From Eledone cirrhosa (Eukaryota): 64,000 nucleotides of DNA. The translations under genes and the position numbers were made by a program. The stretch covers positions 35,960,001 to 36,024,000 of the forward strand of contig OZ024744.1 in NCBI GenBank assembly GCA_964016885.1, given 5' to 3'. Below are positions 14,262 through 29,324 of the stretch, piece after piece (the stretch's first letter is position 1; each line of letters starts with the position of its first letter). The notes below the pieces were generated by a model. The model was not told where the DNA came from. It saw nothing but the letters and a program-made list of their open reading frames with translations, and did no database searches.

Positions 14262-14975
14262 TTCTTCTGGTTTTATGATTTTATAATTTTTGCCAATAGA
14301 GAGAGAGGGAGAGTCGGTTTCTAACATAGATAGAAAACTCTCTCATTGGAATTTACACAAAAACTAGGTAGATATGTATGCATGTCTGTATGCATGTGTG
14401 TGTGTGCAGGTACTGTTGTCATTGCATGTGCGGATGTGTACGTTTTGAGTTGTATGTGTGCATGTTCATATGCTTTGTATCTGAACATGTGTAAATGCAG
14501 AAGTTTTGGAATGTTTTACATACATTTACTGTTCCATCAATGGATTGTACTTGTAATTTCCCAACTAGTTGTGTTCTTTCTGTTTCTGTAAAGCCTAGCT
14601 TCTCAAGATTTGTACTGAGGCAGTTACTAACATACCCCAGTGCCCCAATAATCACAGGTATAAATCTGAAGGTGTAATCAGGGTGGAGTATCTGCAGATT
14701 TCTCATCGGTTCTGCATAAATATTCTCCTTATATTATATTAGCATCTGCTGGACAGCTAATTTCCACTACTGTGCATGCTTTCTTCTCCCTGTCCCATAT
14801 CATAATATCTGGTCTGTTATGCCTGCATTTTATTGGGGTTTTTACTGGAACATTCCACCAGTACTCTTTCATATTATGTATATGTATGTCTTCCACATTG
14901 CTGTAGCTTTTAATGTGTTTATTATCGGGGCTATCTTTTCTACGGATTGCATTGTTCAGTGTTTTGTACATTTTG
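14262..14975 (-). mobile_element. Second, shorter 3' fragment of the R4/Dong-like family at 10533
   Basis: HNRPDIMIWDREKKACTVVEISCP, PVIIGALG; same 3' UTR; abuts (CATA)n. Confidence 0.85.
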
Positions 14976-15286
14976 TACATTGTGCATTGCTTCATATGCA
15001 AATGAGATTAATCACCTCATTTAAACAGACGAGAAAACCATATATTCTCGACTGTTTTCAAGTCCATCAGTCGCAAGAGTGGGAGGATCATCCTAACGAG
15101 AACCAGTTCAGTTTGAAATGCACATCGGCGATTGTCTCTCCCTTACTTCTGCTGGATACCATCAGGTGGCGATAGCCGGTGGTGTTTTTCCATAGCTACA
15201 GCTATATTTATAAACCTACCGTATTCTTTTAGAAATACAAAATTCCCTTACATATCTGTATACAGCTGTGCTGGAAGCGAAATCCT

Positions 15287-15373
<87 letters not shown>

Positions 15374-15375
<2 letters not shown>

Positions 15376-15606
15376 ATTAAATAAATGGAAACTATATTTA
15401 TAAAACCATATTTATTTCATTATATATATTTCAGGGATATCATATTAACAATATGTTATGCCTTCATCAGACAAAATACAATATAAACAGTCTTATAAAT
15501 AAATAGATATGACATACCTTTCAATCGACTTGCATTTGTTGAGTGCTTTTATATCAGTTATAAATATTTACTCGTTGTTAACCCAACAATTTAAATATAA
15601 CTTTCC

Positions 15607-15608
<2 letters not shown>
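15374..15608 (-). mobile_element. PLE pLTR-like fragment, family F2, with hammerhead at 15415-15476
   Basis: Minus strand: TTTTGT-CTGATGA-AGGCATAACATATT-GTT-AATATGATATCCCT-GAAAT-ATAT-ATA-ATGAAA; homologous to ~50900-51150; between (TA)n tracts. Confidence 0.7.
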
Positions 15609-15637
<29 letters not shown>

Positions 15638-15734
15638 CCCCCTCTCTCTATATATATATTTTGATTAGTCTTATTACATATGTAACTTCCCACATTATAT
15701 ATTATATACAATGCTTCAAGAAAATTACATTTTA

Positions 15735-15803
<69 letters not shown>

Positions 15804-16148
15804 CACACACACACATATATATGTTTAGTATATACCCAGTTAAACATACTATGATATAAACAAAATTACTTCAATATTTAATCAAAATTTCAATTCATAT
15901 GTCAGACAGGCATGCACATGCGTTATGGAATTATGTCATATAATTCCAAATTATTTCCTGAAGTATGTAATTTTAACAAATTCGTATTAACTTGTCAATT
16001 TAAAAACCCGGAAATTTAACGCAAGTAAATAGGTTTTATATACCAGCTCCCCATCTATTAGCTAAAAGGTAATTACCAATAGGTTAGGCCACATACGATG
16101 TCTTATCAATGTTATCTTGAATTTGTCTCTTCTTTCAATCTCTCACTC

Positions 16149-16216
<68 letters not shown>

Positions 16217-16221
<5 letters not shown>

Positions 16222-16401
16222 AAGATATTGTGGTAAGGAACCAGATGGACCATAACGCACCAGAGTACTCAATACTTAGGGTAGTAGAGTGGGAAATAGG
16301 AAAACGTATGACCCCAACGGCAGAGCTCAAGCCGTTTCGACGGCTATTTCTGGGCTCAGAAATAGCCGAGCTTGAGCTCTGCCGTCGGGGTCATACTTTT
16401 T

Positions 16402-16404
<3 letters not shown>
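16217..16404. mobile_element. Fold-back element family F1 (hairpin ~16298-16404)
   Basis: Homologous to 7923-8107 in the opposite orientation; (TA)n on both sides. Confidence 0.8.
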
Positions 16405-16483
<79 letters not shown>

Positions 16484-16494
16484 AATGTAATGTG

Positions 16495-16591
16495 TGAAAA
16501 AGTCATAGAGAAGAGTGTTCTATGTAAGTACCAGAGCTAAATTTAGCTCTGGTACTTACGTAGAGCACCGTTCACTCCTATGACTTTTTCA
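16495..16591. repeat. ~97-bp palindrome between (TA)n tracts
   Basis: ...GTAAGTACCAGAGCTAA-AT-TTAGCTCTGGTACTTAC... Confidence 0.8.
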
Positions 16592-16613
16592 ATTTTCAAC
16601 GGAAACTTCAATA

Positions 16614-16665
<52 letters not shown>

Positions 16666-16666
<1 letters not shown>

Positions 16667-17066
16667 TGGATAACAAATTATTGTTATAGGTAGTCCAGTT
16701 AGATGTAATCCAGTTAGGGTACTCCGAGTAGTGGATAGTATCAACGCTTGGCTAAGTTTGACTCAACAAGGCGTTTCCATAGTGATGTTGCGAGTACGTG
16801 GTAATTCCTATGTTGTTAACACTTGGAGTAATGATAAATCAGGAAAGAAGAGTGACATGGTCTGCTATACAATAAGGAGTTTATTCACATTGCTGACAAT
16901 TATTTCTCTGAACTGGTAGGTCTAGAGATTGCTACCCGCCTGTTTCTGCGTCAATCGATCACCAATACTAGTCTCTAGACCTACCAGTTCAGAGAAACAA
17001 TTGTCAGCAATGTGATTAAAGCCCTTATTGTATAGCAAACCGTGTCACTATTCTTTCTTGATTTAT
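16666..17066. mobile_element. PLE-derived insert: cap motif B (16666-16737) plus fold-back of the pLTR 3' end (16834-17066)
   Basis: Arms match the terminus of the PLE at 47828; contains GAAAC-AATT-GTC-AGCAA (3' half of an HHR). Confidence 0.8.
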
Positions 17067-17067
17067 G

Positions 17068-17176
<109 letters not shown>

Positions 17177-17237
17177 CATTTCTATGTAACTGTCTATCTA
17201 TTTATCTATCAATACTTCTGTCTGTCTATCTATATGT

Positions 17238-17307
<70 letters not shown>

Positions 17308-17970
17308 GTGTGTGCGTGTGTGTACGTGTGTTTGGTTGTGCGTGTGTGTGTGTATATATATATATATAATTCAACAGTAACATTTGGTGGAATTCATATT
17401 TCATGTAAATATAATACATTTTATTTACTGTAGCTGTACGAAAAGAACATAAGAAACATCTTGAGTTTAAAACTTCAACGTTTTTATTTTACTATAAAAA
17501 AATATTCTAATAAGTTAGGCATGCAACGCCGCCCGTGGGAGTCGAGACCCCACCTGCAATATACTGTTTCTCTGTGCTGCAATTACACCAGGGTAAAGCC
17601 GTTAGATTTTCCCGTTATTGTAAGCCACATTATTCAGCCAGAAAATATGTCTTCAGGAGTATGTGTCGTAATATTTAGACTATTTTTTCATAGTAGCGTA
17701 AGATACTAACTTTAACATCAAAAGTTTCTACTCTCTCAGCGGTTCTCAAAGCAGATTACTTTTATTGAACATTGTTTAAACAAGACATATATTACACAAA
17801 ACCCAACATCTACATCATGTCTGGGAAACTTGAATATACGAAATCTCTTTCCAATGCTTTTGGGGAATTTGCCATTCGTGGCGAATCATGTCAGCACTAG
17901 AAAATCTTTCGGGATTTTCAAGGCTTTTGGAATTTTGGGATTTGGGATAAAGGATTCTTAACCTGTATAT

Positions 17971-18117
17971 AAGGCGGTAAATTTGCAGAATCATTAGAAT
18001 GTCTGATAGAAATCTTTGCAGTATTCGATGTAGCTTTCTCCTCTCTAAGTTCGAATTCTGCAGAAGTCAACTTTGCTGTTCATCCTTTCGAGGTCTATAA
18101 GAAAGTCTAGTACTGGA
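17971..18117 (+). mobile_element. Diverged SINE family S copy
   Basis: AAGGCGGT..GCAGAATCATTAG..GTTCGAATTC (B box)..GTCAACTTTGC..TTCATCCTTTCGAGGTC. Confidence 0.65.
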
Positions 18118-18149
18118 GACGATTCTTCCTCTCTATCCCAATTTTATCC

Positions 18150-19890
18150 TTAGGGGTGAGAAGGAGCAAATTAAAACTGATACAATACACTACCAGAAAG
18201 GCATCTTTCAGGGTGATACCTTATCAGTGCTGCTCTTCGTCCTCACACTAAACTCACTATCATACCTGCTCACAAAACAAAGTGGTCATGGAAGTGGGTT
18301 CAGAAGTATCTCCCACCATTTCTTTGTTGATGACCTGAAGTTGTATGGGGCAAATATCAATTATATAAAAAGACATTGGACCTCATTACACAATTTTCAT
18401 TAGAATGAAATTTGGTGAGTCCAAATGTGCATATTTGACAGTAAAACTTGGAAGGGTTGTTCCTTCTTCTGGAGAACTAGAGATGAACGGCTTGACAATA
18501 CAACCTCTGCAGTCAGGTGACAGCTACAGATATCTTGGACAGGATTAGAATGTCAGATATGATGAACCCATAAATAAGGAGAGAACCAGAACTGAATATC
18601 TCAGGAGAGTGAAGACAATATAGTCATCAGAACTGTCAGCTTACAACAAATATATTGTCTACAATACTTATGCTGTGCCAATCCTAACACCAACATTTGG
18701 TCTGCTGAACTGGTCATTGAAAGAACTAAGAGAGATGGATGTAAGAACTCCCAAGTTTCTCAGTGTTACTGGAAACTTTAACATCAATGGTGATGTGGAT
18801 AGGCTATACTTCGCACGCAAGGAAGGTGACTGGGGTCTAAAATTCATATTAACATCATACGAGACCCGAATAATAACACTGAAGCAACATCTTCAACAGA
18901 AGAGAAAGGTCAGCAACCATCTTGCCTAGGTTTATGAGCATGAAGGAAAAATTATAATTAGGATAGCCACTGATCTGGAGGAGAGATATGGAGTAAGGCC
19001 TGATATAAATCTCTCACACAGGGACATTGGAAGATCCTATTCAATGCTCGAACAAAATAAAAAATGGACCAATTTACAGAGAAAGTTGTGCATGGGTACC
19101 TGAGATGAAAAACACAGACCACAGGGGGGATAAATCATAAAAAAACCTGGAATGGAGTTCCGACAAGTTTCTGACATCACACCTTGAATGATATCTTTAT
19201 GCAATACAGGAACAAGAAATCCCTACTAAATATCTGCTACACAAAAGAGGAGTGCCATCAGTCGACAATAAATGTAGGCTATGTAAAATAAAGATCGAGG
19301 ATGTTAGCCACATTGTTGCCAACTGCGAATGAATGTCGTCTCGTTACTACCTCCCTATGAGGCACAATGCGATAGCTAGAACCTTCTGGAATACACTTAG
19401 GAAAACAACATTAAAAACAAATGAGGAGGAATATGTTGAGATAGATGGCACTAAGGAATACTGGTGGAACCTGAAAATAGAAACTGCCACCAAATTAAAG
19501 CACAACCGGCCCGATATTGTTGTTTGGGACCACACATTGAAATCGTGTTCTGTTGTAGAGAACAGCTACTCACTTGAAGTTAATGTTGTAAGAAAAACGA
19601 GAAGTTTGCAGATCCAGTATCCAAGATACACCTTCAGCTTCATACCAATCATTATTGGAGCTACGGATTATATACCAAGCCGCTTGGACCAAAGTATAAC
19701 TGAACTTGGATTTGCGGACAAAGAGTACAGCTTCCTAATTTATAGACTACAAATGGCTGCGATAGTTGGCACCTTCAAAATTTGCAAAACATTCTTGTGA
19801 TTCAAGGGATGACAATTTCGTTTCTTTTACAACCTTGCCACCAGGAAGGTGGCCGGTCAAAAATGTACTCGAAATTAACAGAAAGAGAAA
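18150..19890 (+). mobile_element. Diverged R4/Dong-like RT+RLE element, 5'-truncated, many stops
   Basis: GIFQGDTLS, FFVDDLKLYG, CRLC...H..A.C, RHN, HNRPDIVVWD, PIIIGA; followed by (ATTC)n/(CATA)-like repeats. Confidence 0.8.
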
Positions 19891-20158
19891 CATATATTCA
19901 TTCATTCATTCATTCATACATGCATATATACATTCATACATTTATACGTTCATCATCATCATCATCATCATTTTACGTCTGCTTTTCCCTACTTGCCCAG
20001 AGTGGGACGAGTCCTATTCAGCACAGCATCTCTCCACTTGTCACGGTCCTTCGTCATCCCCATCGTGATCTTCAGTGATAAATAAAGGTGGTTGGGGATG
20101 GGGTGCGGGTCCTTTTTATTAAGAAACGATTTGGGACAAACAACAACAACAACAACAA

Positions 20159-20367
20159 TAATTGTTTCTACTTTAGGCACAAGACCAGCAACTTAAAGGG
20201 GAGGGGGAAGTCGATTAAATCAACCCCAGTGCATTACTGGTGCTTTATTTTATTGACGCCGTAAAGATGAAACGCAAAGCTAAACTCCCCAGGATTTGAA
20301 CTCAGACCGTAAAGAGCCGTAACTCTATGCAGTCCGATGTTCTACGAATACTGCCAACCCACCACCC
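20159..20367 (-). mobile_element. SINE family S, inserted in (AAC)n
   Basis: Same motif set, including GGATTTGAACTC (reverse B box). Confidence 0.8.
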
Positions 20368-20589
20368 TAAACAACAACATCAACAATAATAACAACATCA
20401 ACAAAAGCAGCAGCAGCAGCAGCAGCAGTATAAACAACAACTGTTTTGATTGGAAGCTGACCCAAATATCTGATGCCGAACAAGGAACATTTGTACAGTC
20501 GTTTGACCTGCATTAAAAAGTAACTAAATTACTCGCGAATCAAATCCATACATATTAGAAAAGGATGCTAGAAGACATTTCCAGGATGA

Positions 20590-20679
<90 letters not shown>

Positions 20680-21126
20680 ATGCAGGAGGTTGTTGCTTTT
20701 GGATCCTTTTCACCATGGATTTGTTCTTGTTTTTCTTAGGATTTACTTAGGGCTAAATATTTACTTAGGGCTAAATATCATCATCAGCAGCAATAATAGC
20801 ATCGGCAACTGCCATAGCAGAAACAGCAACAACAATATCAACAACCGTAACAGTACAGTACCACCACTACCAACGACAACAACAGATACAACAACAACAA
20901 AACAACCGTAACACGAACAATAACAACAGTAACAATAACAGCAACAGTAATAATAACAGGAACAGTAACAACAGTAGCAACGACAACACCAACAGAAGCA
21001 GAAACAACAGCAACGGCAGTACCAACAGCCATAGCACCACCACCACCAACAACAACAACAACAGTAACAGTAACAACAACAACAATAACAGCAACAGTAA
21101 CAACAGTAGCAACGACAACAGCAACA

Positions 21127-21157
<31 letters not shown>

Positions 21158-21165
21158 CAGTACCG

Positions 21166-21196
<31 letters not shown>

Positions 21197-21302
21197 CGAC
21201 AGCAATAACAGTAACAGTAACAGAGGCAACGACAACAGTAACAGCAGCAGCAGCAGCAGCAACAACAACAGCAACAACAACAGCAGCAGCAACGTAACAG
21301 CA
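20590..21302. repeat. Compound (CAA/CAG/CAC)n trinucleotide tract
   Basis: Direct reading; source of the poly-C/L/T pseudo-ORFs. Confidence 0.95.
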
Positions 21303-21721
21303 ATATCGTTATTTCTTTTACTCAGCATATTTCTGAGTTGTCTGTGCTATTCTCTATTCAATTATCGAGGCTCTTTTACTACAAAACTCAGCTGCATAAA
21401 GCCATAACTTCTACTGAATCTTCTACGTGCTATTAAACACCGCCATATTGCTAATTGCATAATACATATTGTCCTTTTTATGTTTTATATTCATTGTGAC
21501 AAAAATAACAATATAAAAACAAACAACAAAAAGGGTGATTTTTCATTTTGAATCATATATAGAAAAAAGTAAACGGTTGCATATACACGCAATCACATTA
21601 GTGATTTATATCCGACACGCACACATACAGGCCTCATATATATATATAAAATCAAGGTCTAGCAAATAGAGAAAATGTTTTAAAATAAATTTTTAAAAAT
21701 TCGCTGTACTTATTATATGTG

Positions 21722-21801
21722 CCTTTACCGCAGTTTCATGCACCAGAATAAACGGAAAATCCAAGCCGATTTCCATTGAGAAGGGAGCAATCTTTAGAGG
21801 G
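21722..21801 (-). ncRNA. Degenerate hammerhead (CTAAAGA core), related in layout to 39517-39596
   Basis: Minus strand: CCCT-CTAAAGA-TTGC...GGAAATC..GATTTTCC...GCAT-GAAAC-TGCG-GTA-AAGG. Confidence 0.45.
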
Positions 21802-21927
21802 TTCCTATCTCTCGGAGAATATAAAATTCCCGAGTTCAAATCACAAACTGACGCCATACAAAACTATTTCGAAATGAGAGCGAATGATGGAAGAAATGAT
21901 TCTGTCTGGTGCCGTGTGCAAAGACAG

Positions 21928-21958
<31 letters not shown>

Positions 21959-22004
21959 GGATGAAATCCAACCGTGACCATCTCCACTGAAAGTTTTCAT
22001 GAAA

Positions 22005-23448
<1,444 letters not shown>

Positions 23449-24040
23449 AAAGCAGTGGTACCCGGCGTTGCACGGGATAAGGTATTGTGAAATATATAAC
23501 CACCTCAGCTAAGCTTAGTATTGCCACAACCACGGCTGGCAAAGAATTAAGGGTCTACTGGTACGTAAGTACGCAACACTGTGGCTTAAAACGTGAGGAA
23601 AAAGTTGTGTGCACTTACCAACTGTTTGGGGAATGAGTGTGAGATTTGTCTCACACTCATTCCCCAAAGGGTGGCTGAATAACCGGAGGCAGCAGACAGC
23701 CACATACACAGACAGATATTATAAGGGGGCGTTCTGGATGCGGAGCAAATTGTAGGAAGTGACGTAATGCAGACAGCCAGACATACAGACAGATATTATA
23801 AGGTTGCGACGTTATATGTATGTATCTATTTAAAAAGATGAAGAATTATAGAGAGAGATCGCTAAATCGCCTAATGCAGTCCCTAGGGCATTGAAAATTT
23901 GAAATTGTTTTTGCTCAGAACACTCCCTGAAATCTAAGTATTACATGTGTAAAGTTTGAAAACAGTCGGTTGGGTGGTTCTCTAGTTTTAGGTGCTCAAA
24001 CTCACACACACACACACAGACATCCTCAGTTTTATATATA
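23449..24040 (-). mobile_element. Non-autonomous Helitron-like element
   Basis: Minus strand starts TATATAAAA..GTCTGTGTGTG and ends with a CCCGTGCAACGCCGGG hairpin; same termini type as 45735-47086. The terminal CTAG appears mutated. Confidence 0.6.
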
Positions 24041-24412
24041 TATATATATATATTGTTATGCTTTGGGAGGGTCATGTTGCCAATAAGAAACACACGCACC
24101 AGTTGCTTTCACTTCAATTTATTATAAATTAAATTTATAAATTTAAGAATTTATAAATTTGCGGTTGGTTGGTTGGTTGGTTCCATAACCGGACAGTTCT
24201 TCATATATTCTGTGACCTCTTCAGTGACTGGGGATTCTTTTCTTTGTTCAGTCCTACGCCATCTTGTTTTTGTGTGTGTTGTGTGCTTAGTTTGCGCATG
24301 TGTTACATCCGGGTGTCTGTGCGTGTTTTTATTTGTTTATTTATTTGTTTATTTACATGTTACTGGTTGGTTGTTTGTTCTATGTGTGTGTGTGTGTGTT
24401 TTCATTTTGTCC

Positions 24413-25075
24413 TTAATTGTAAGTTGTGATGTTGCTATTCCATTCATGTTTTCTATTTAATTTTGGTTGGAGTTCATTTATGTTTATTGCCTCTGTGATT
24501 TGTCTAAACATTGCGTCTTTTCTTTGTGTAGATTCTATTTTTATTTCTATGTTCTCTAATTTGCCCTTATGTTCTATTTTAGCATGTTGGTGGAGTATTG
24601 ATGATTCTTTTTTAGCTTGAAGTTCTCGCCAGTGTTCATCTAACTGGTCTCCTACACTATGAGCTGTCTCACCTATGTACACTATATTCTTATCTTTACA
24701 TTGTCCTTCAGTACATCTTATGCTATATACTACATTTCTAGTTTTACAATTAATATGGAGGCTTAGTTTACAGATTATGCATTTCTTATCTATACAGGGA
24801 GGTCTTTGAAAAGGGTATGTATTGCTAATAAGTGTTTTTATGGAGGTACCTGGTCTTTCTACTATCTTAATATTAAGTTTATGTTTATTTAGGGCCCTTC
24901 TAAATTTGTAAGCTAATTCACCTCTAGGTGTTGTATTGATGAACATTACACTCTGGTATTTGTTGCTATCATACCATGAGTTTATTCTATTAACCTTATT
25001 CCTAGTTCTTTCTATTCTATTCCAAAATTTGCTCCTATACAAGGGGCAGGTCCCATTTGTATCATTATTTACCAT
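24413..25075 (-). pseudogene. PLE Cys-rich linker and GIY-YIG endonuclease
   Basis: PPCIDKKCIICK..NCKTRNVVYSIRC..IVYIGET..EH..SILHQH..RQITEAINI..PKLNRKHEW. Confidence 0.9.
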
Positions 25076-25357
25076 TTTTTCCCATTTGGTTCTGGCTCAT
25101 CTATATACTCTGATTTTATCTCTCTGATTGTAACCAGAGAACTGCATACGGTGGATGAAGTGTTGTATGTGTCTCTCTAGTTCTTTTGGTTGCACATGCG
25201 GGACACGTTTCTCATCACCCGTACCAAATCCGCAATCAGTATGTTGATTTTGGTGTGATCCGAAACAGCTGAGTTTCGGTGGATCAGATATTTGGAAGTC
25301 ATGAGTTTGGCATAATGGGAAATGGAGGATTTGTTTTTTGTTATTAATGGTTTCTAA

Positions 25358-26469
25358 CTAGAGCTCTGTGTCTAGTACAGGTAATCGATGGTTGGGGTGT
25401 TTGGTTGGGTAGTCTATAGTAACTCTAATACACTGGTGGATGGAGTCAGCTATTTGCTGGATGCTTTCCATGGTGTTTTTCTCTAATTCCTGACTGTTCT
25501 CTAGTGGGGGTGTTTTTACTACGATGTTTATATCATCAACGTAGCAGGAGTACATTATCAGTGTTAAGAGGTTGCTGTCTTCTAATTGTTCTTTAAGTTT
25601 AAGTTTAAGTCTATTGTCTCACCTTACTATGAATAGGTTAGCTATGTCACCTGCAATGCTAACACCAATGGCTGCTCCCTTCTCTTGGGCATATGTTTTT
25701 CCATTAAATTTGAACATATATTCCTTAAGGGTTAATTTTATACTGGCCCCCACCGCATGTGCAATCCTTTTCTTTAGTTCATCGTGGTTTTCGGGGTCCG
25801 TATGGCTCTGGTCCACCCGTTCCATCTTTCTGTGTGTGTTTTCTTGGCCATTGAGGTAATGGTAGGTGGTCTGCCTCTTGCTGGTCTTGTAGGGCACAGG
25901 TTGCTAAGGTCATATGTATCTAGATAATCATTACTATAGGTAAGTTTAAGTAGGAGTCCCACCTCACTGGTATCAATCCCACAGAATTCAACATTGCTCT
26001 CACTGATTATTTCTACGCATTTCACCAGAGCAAAATCCACGTCAATGGATGGATATAGGGACACAACATCCATACTACCTATTATACAGTCTGTTGGGTC
26101 CCTAGATCGGTTATTTTCGCTGATTCTGCTGAGGAGGTCCTCCGTGCTGTCACATATATCTGGGGACATTTCAATGATGGGGCGTATGATCAGAGAGAGG
26201 AAGTAGGAAAGTCTGTAGTTACTAGCAATGTTAGCTCCACAGACTGGCCGTGATGGTGGTCCTGTGACAGAGTTACTGCTCGTTTTATGGTCTTTTCGAA
26301 GCCCATACAACGCTGGCACGTCATTGTTCCAGGCCTGGAAGTTGTTGGCAGTCCTTTTATTGGGCTGCATTATGTTTGTCCACATCATCATATGGGCATT
26401 GAGGGTTTTCTCCCTATCCTCATGCTCTTGTGGTGTTACTTCTCTTGTGTTAGTGATGTGGAGTTGCAT
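25358..26469 (-). pseudogene. PLE reverse transcriptase core (frameshifted)
   Basis: PALYGLRKDHK..SRPV, SMDVVSLYPSID, YAQEKGAAIG..IANLF, YVDDI, LPVLD. Confidence 0.9.
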
Positions 26470-27209
26470 TGCCTGGATGTAGTTTGACAGACTGTCAACC
26501 GAGATTCTGCCAGACTTGTCTGTTGGAAAGCATGCACTCTCTCCATTCTATTTTGCTTCTTGTTATACTGTTCTATAATATTTCTAAGCTTAGATCTAGC
26601 TATACTAAATTGTGCTTCTGTTTGTTCATCGACCTGCGACGGCAATTGCGTGCGTTTGTTAAAAGCTAAAGTCGTGGCGTGGACTCGTCGTAGCTCAAAG
26701 GACATATCGGAAGGATTATATAAAGTAGAATTCCAGGCTGCTGCTTTATGTGTACTATTGCTATTGTTATTGTTAGCTGTGTTGTTTCTATTTCTATTTC
26801 CACCAACAGCCTCATATTTGTTTCTATGTCTCTCATTATTACTCCTGTCTCTTTCCTCTGGCTCATTATTATTATCTACTCTATTTTGTATGTCTGTGTG
26901 TTCGTCCCTGTTATTTTCTCTGTAAGTATCGATAGTCTCCCTTCTCTTTTCAATCCCATTACCTTCCCTTACTTCTGTGTTACTGTCATTACCTGTTTTC
27001 TGTTTTAAGGACAAAATGAAAAAAACACACACACACATAGAACAAACAACCAACCAGTAACATGTAAATAAACAAATAAATAAACAAATAAAAACACACA
27101 CAGACACCCGGATGTAACACATGCGCAAACTAAGCAAACAACATTCACAAAAACAAGATGGCGTAGGACTGAACAAAGGAGAGGCACAAAACAAAGAAAA
27201 GAATCACCA

Positions 27210-27252
27210 GTCACTGAAGAGATCACAGAATGTGTGACGAAAGAACTTTGAC
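27210..27252 (+). ncRNA. Minimal hammerhead in the inverted pLTR
   Basis: GTCA-CTGAAGA-GATCACA-GAATG-TGTGAC-GAAAG-AA-CTT-TGAC; the GAAA half is deleted in the left pLTR (~24205). Confidence 0.65.
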
Positions 27253-28024
27253 AATATATGAACAACCGTCCGGTTATGGAACCAACCAACCGGAAATTTA
27301 TTAATTCTTAAATTCTTAAATTTAATTTATAATAAATTGGAGTGAAAGCAACTGGTGCGTGTGTTTCTTATTGGCAACATGACCCTCCCAAAGCATAACA
27401 ATATCGGTTTCAACACACGTTTTCATTAAAGAATCTTGCTAAACAAATTCAGAAACGAAACATATATATATATATGTGTACACACATATATATATAACAA
27501 GGGTAAAAATATAGCTCTAATTGAATGTAGATAGCTATATAGGAGAGTATATCAATGCTAAATAGTTTTCTACAAAGCTTAATGTATGTAATGGATGAAA
27601 GATATGAGAAATAATTTTTGGGGTAAAATATACAGAAAGATAGACTGAAAATCAGAACATATCCAACCACAGAAAATGATAGAATAAAATCATTATCCTT
27701 ATAATGTCTTACAATTGTTTCGGAGTAGGATCTATAGCATTTACATAGATCTTGAGCCACCCATCTGTCAAACGTATAATATGTATAATAAATAAAGACC
27801 TTAATGTGAAATCTCATTTTATTATATATAAATATATATATATAAACAGTTAGTCAAAATTCAAGAAGATGGAATAAAATTGTGTAGAACATATGCAAAG
27901 AAGGAAGAAATACCCCGTCAGAAGCAAAAAGAAGCAGAAGTTAAAATATAAGGAAAAAACAAAGTACGGCGAGGACAAGATGTAGGCCACAGGTGGTTAA
28001 GTTTCAAATATCAATATGACGCGC

Positions 28025-28101
<77 letters not shown>

Positions 28102-28169
28102 GTATATAATATTCTTATCGAGCCCTCTCCGGATTTTAGTCTTCACATTTATTATTACTATATATATAT

Positions 28170-28438
28170 AAAGTGAAGAATAACATGGTTGACAGTACAA
28201 ACAAGGAAATTTATTTACAGTCTTACAATTGTTTCCCTGATAGAATTGTCTATAAATTGCTAAATACTGGAGAGAGTATAATAGTCTCTGATGAAATGAT
28301 TGAACTTAGATGTATTGTAAATTGAGTTATACTGTCTCCAGTATTTAGCAATTTATAGACAATTCTATCATGGAAACAATTGTAAGACTGTAAATAAATT
28401 TCCTTGTTTGTACTGTCAACCATGTTATTCTTCACTTT
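28170..28438. repeat. Fold-back insert with extended-stem-II hammerhead (28283-28389, +)
   Basis: ~113-bp near-perfect arms; AGTCT-CTGATGA-AATGATTGAA..~60 nt..TTCTATCATG-GAAAC-AATT-GTA-AGACT then AATAAA. Confidence 0.85.
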
Positions 28439-29110
28439 TTTATTACTCCACGATATATTTACATAGGAATACAAGCGAAGTCATAAAATCGTCACCAACG
28501 TAAACTTCTTGTTGAGTCACACAGCACCGTACGCTTAAACTGTAGTTTTCATAGACTTGGTTAATTATTTGTGTTTGTTTTATAACATCTAGTTGAGAGC
28601 TTATCATGATGATTAGCGGAAATTAAAATATTTCCTTTGTCTAACATTTTGAATGACTCGCCAAAAACCGGGGGTTATTTCCCTTGCTGGAATTAACACG
28701 TGACATCTATAGATACGATACGCTGCATTTAGCAGCAACATCTAGCTTATCACTTCGGTTCTGAACGAAAAACCTGTTGAAAAACTGAATCCTCCGTTCG
28801 ATCATGAATACCACGAGCTTGCCAGTCACGTAAGTCTGATATTTGATTTCGGATTCAAAGAAACACTTTAAACGATTGATCGTTTGATTTGTCCAGGTGT
28901 ATTTTTCTCAACCTGATTAGTTCTATCGTTACTTTGGTATATTATTGTGTTAGATTCGCCTACCACAATGTTCGATTTGTCAAGCTATTTAAACGTATGT
29001 TATTACTCTAAGGCCCTACCTTATCGAGTGCTTTGGTAACTCATTATTTCATATAAGTAGGCCGAATTTACTTGCAAACTGCCAGAGATTCGATTTTACT
29101 AATTTGCAAT

Positions 29111-29140
<30 letters not shown>

Positions 29141-29143
<3 letters not shown>

Positions 29144-29324
29144 GAATATATGTATAGTATATTTGTCAATTTACTTTATACTTCATTAAAAACATTTTGA
29201 AGACCTTGCGCTATTATTTTAAAGTAGTGACTATGTCACTTCCTTCTTTTTTCAACAAACAAAGGGAGATAAGTTTTTAATTAACCACACAGTATATTGA
29301 CAAATATACTATACATATATTCAT
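29141..29324. repeat. Degenerate relative of 29775-30122 with ~30-bp inverted ends
   Basis: ATGAATATATGTATAGTATATTTGTCAAT ... ATTGACAAATATACTATACATATATTCAT; internal GAAGACCTT.CGCTATT..AGTAGTGAC. Confidence 0.7.

Larger units (their letters stand above)
24052..27404 (-). mobile_element. Penelope-like retroelement with inverted terminal pLTRs (24052-24416 and 27005-27404)
   Basis: RT and GIY-YIG remnants on the minus strand; terminal arms are reverse complements; left end abuts (TA)n. Confidence 0.9.

Noticed and set aside
17525-17605. tRNA-like T-arm (minus strand GTGGGTCTCGACTCCCAC)
   Set aside because: No convincing acceptor, D or anticodon stems; at most a decayed SINE head.
20690-21328. 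Poly-Cys/Leu/Thr/Gln ORFs
   Set aside because: Compound trinucleotide tract with no splice or domain support.
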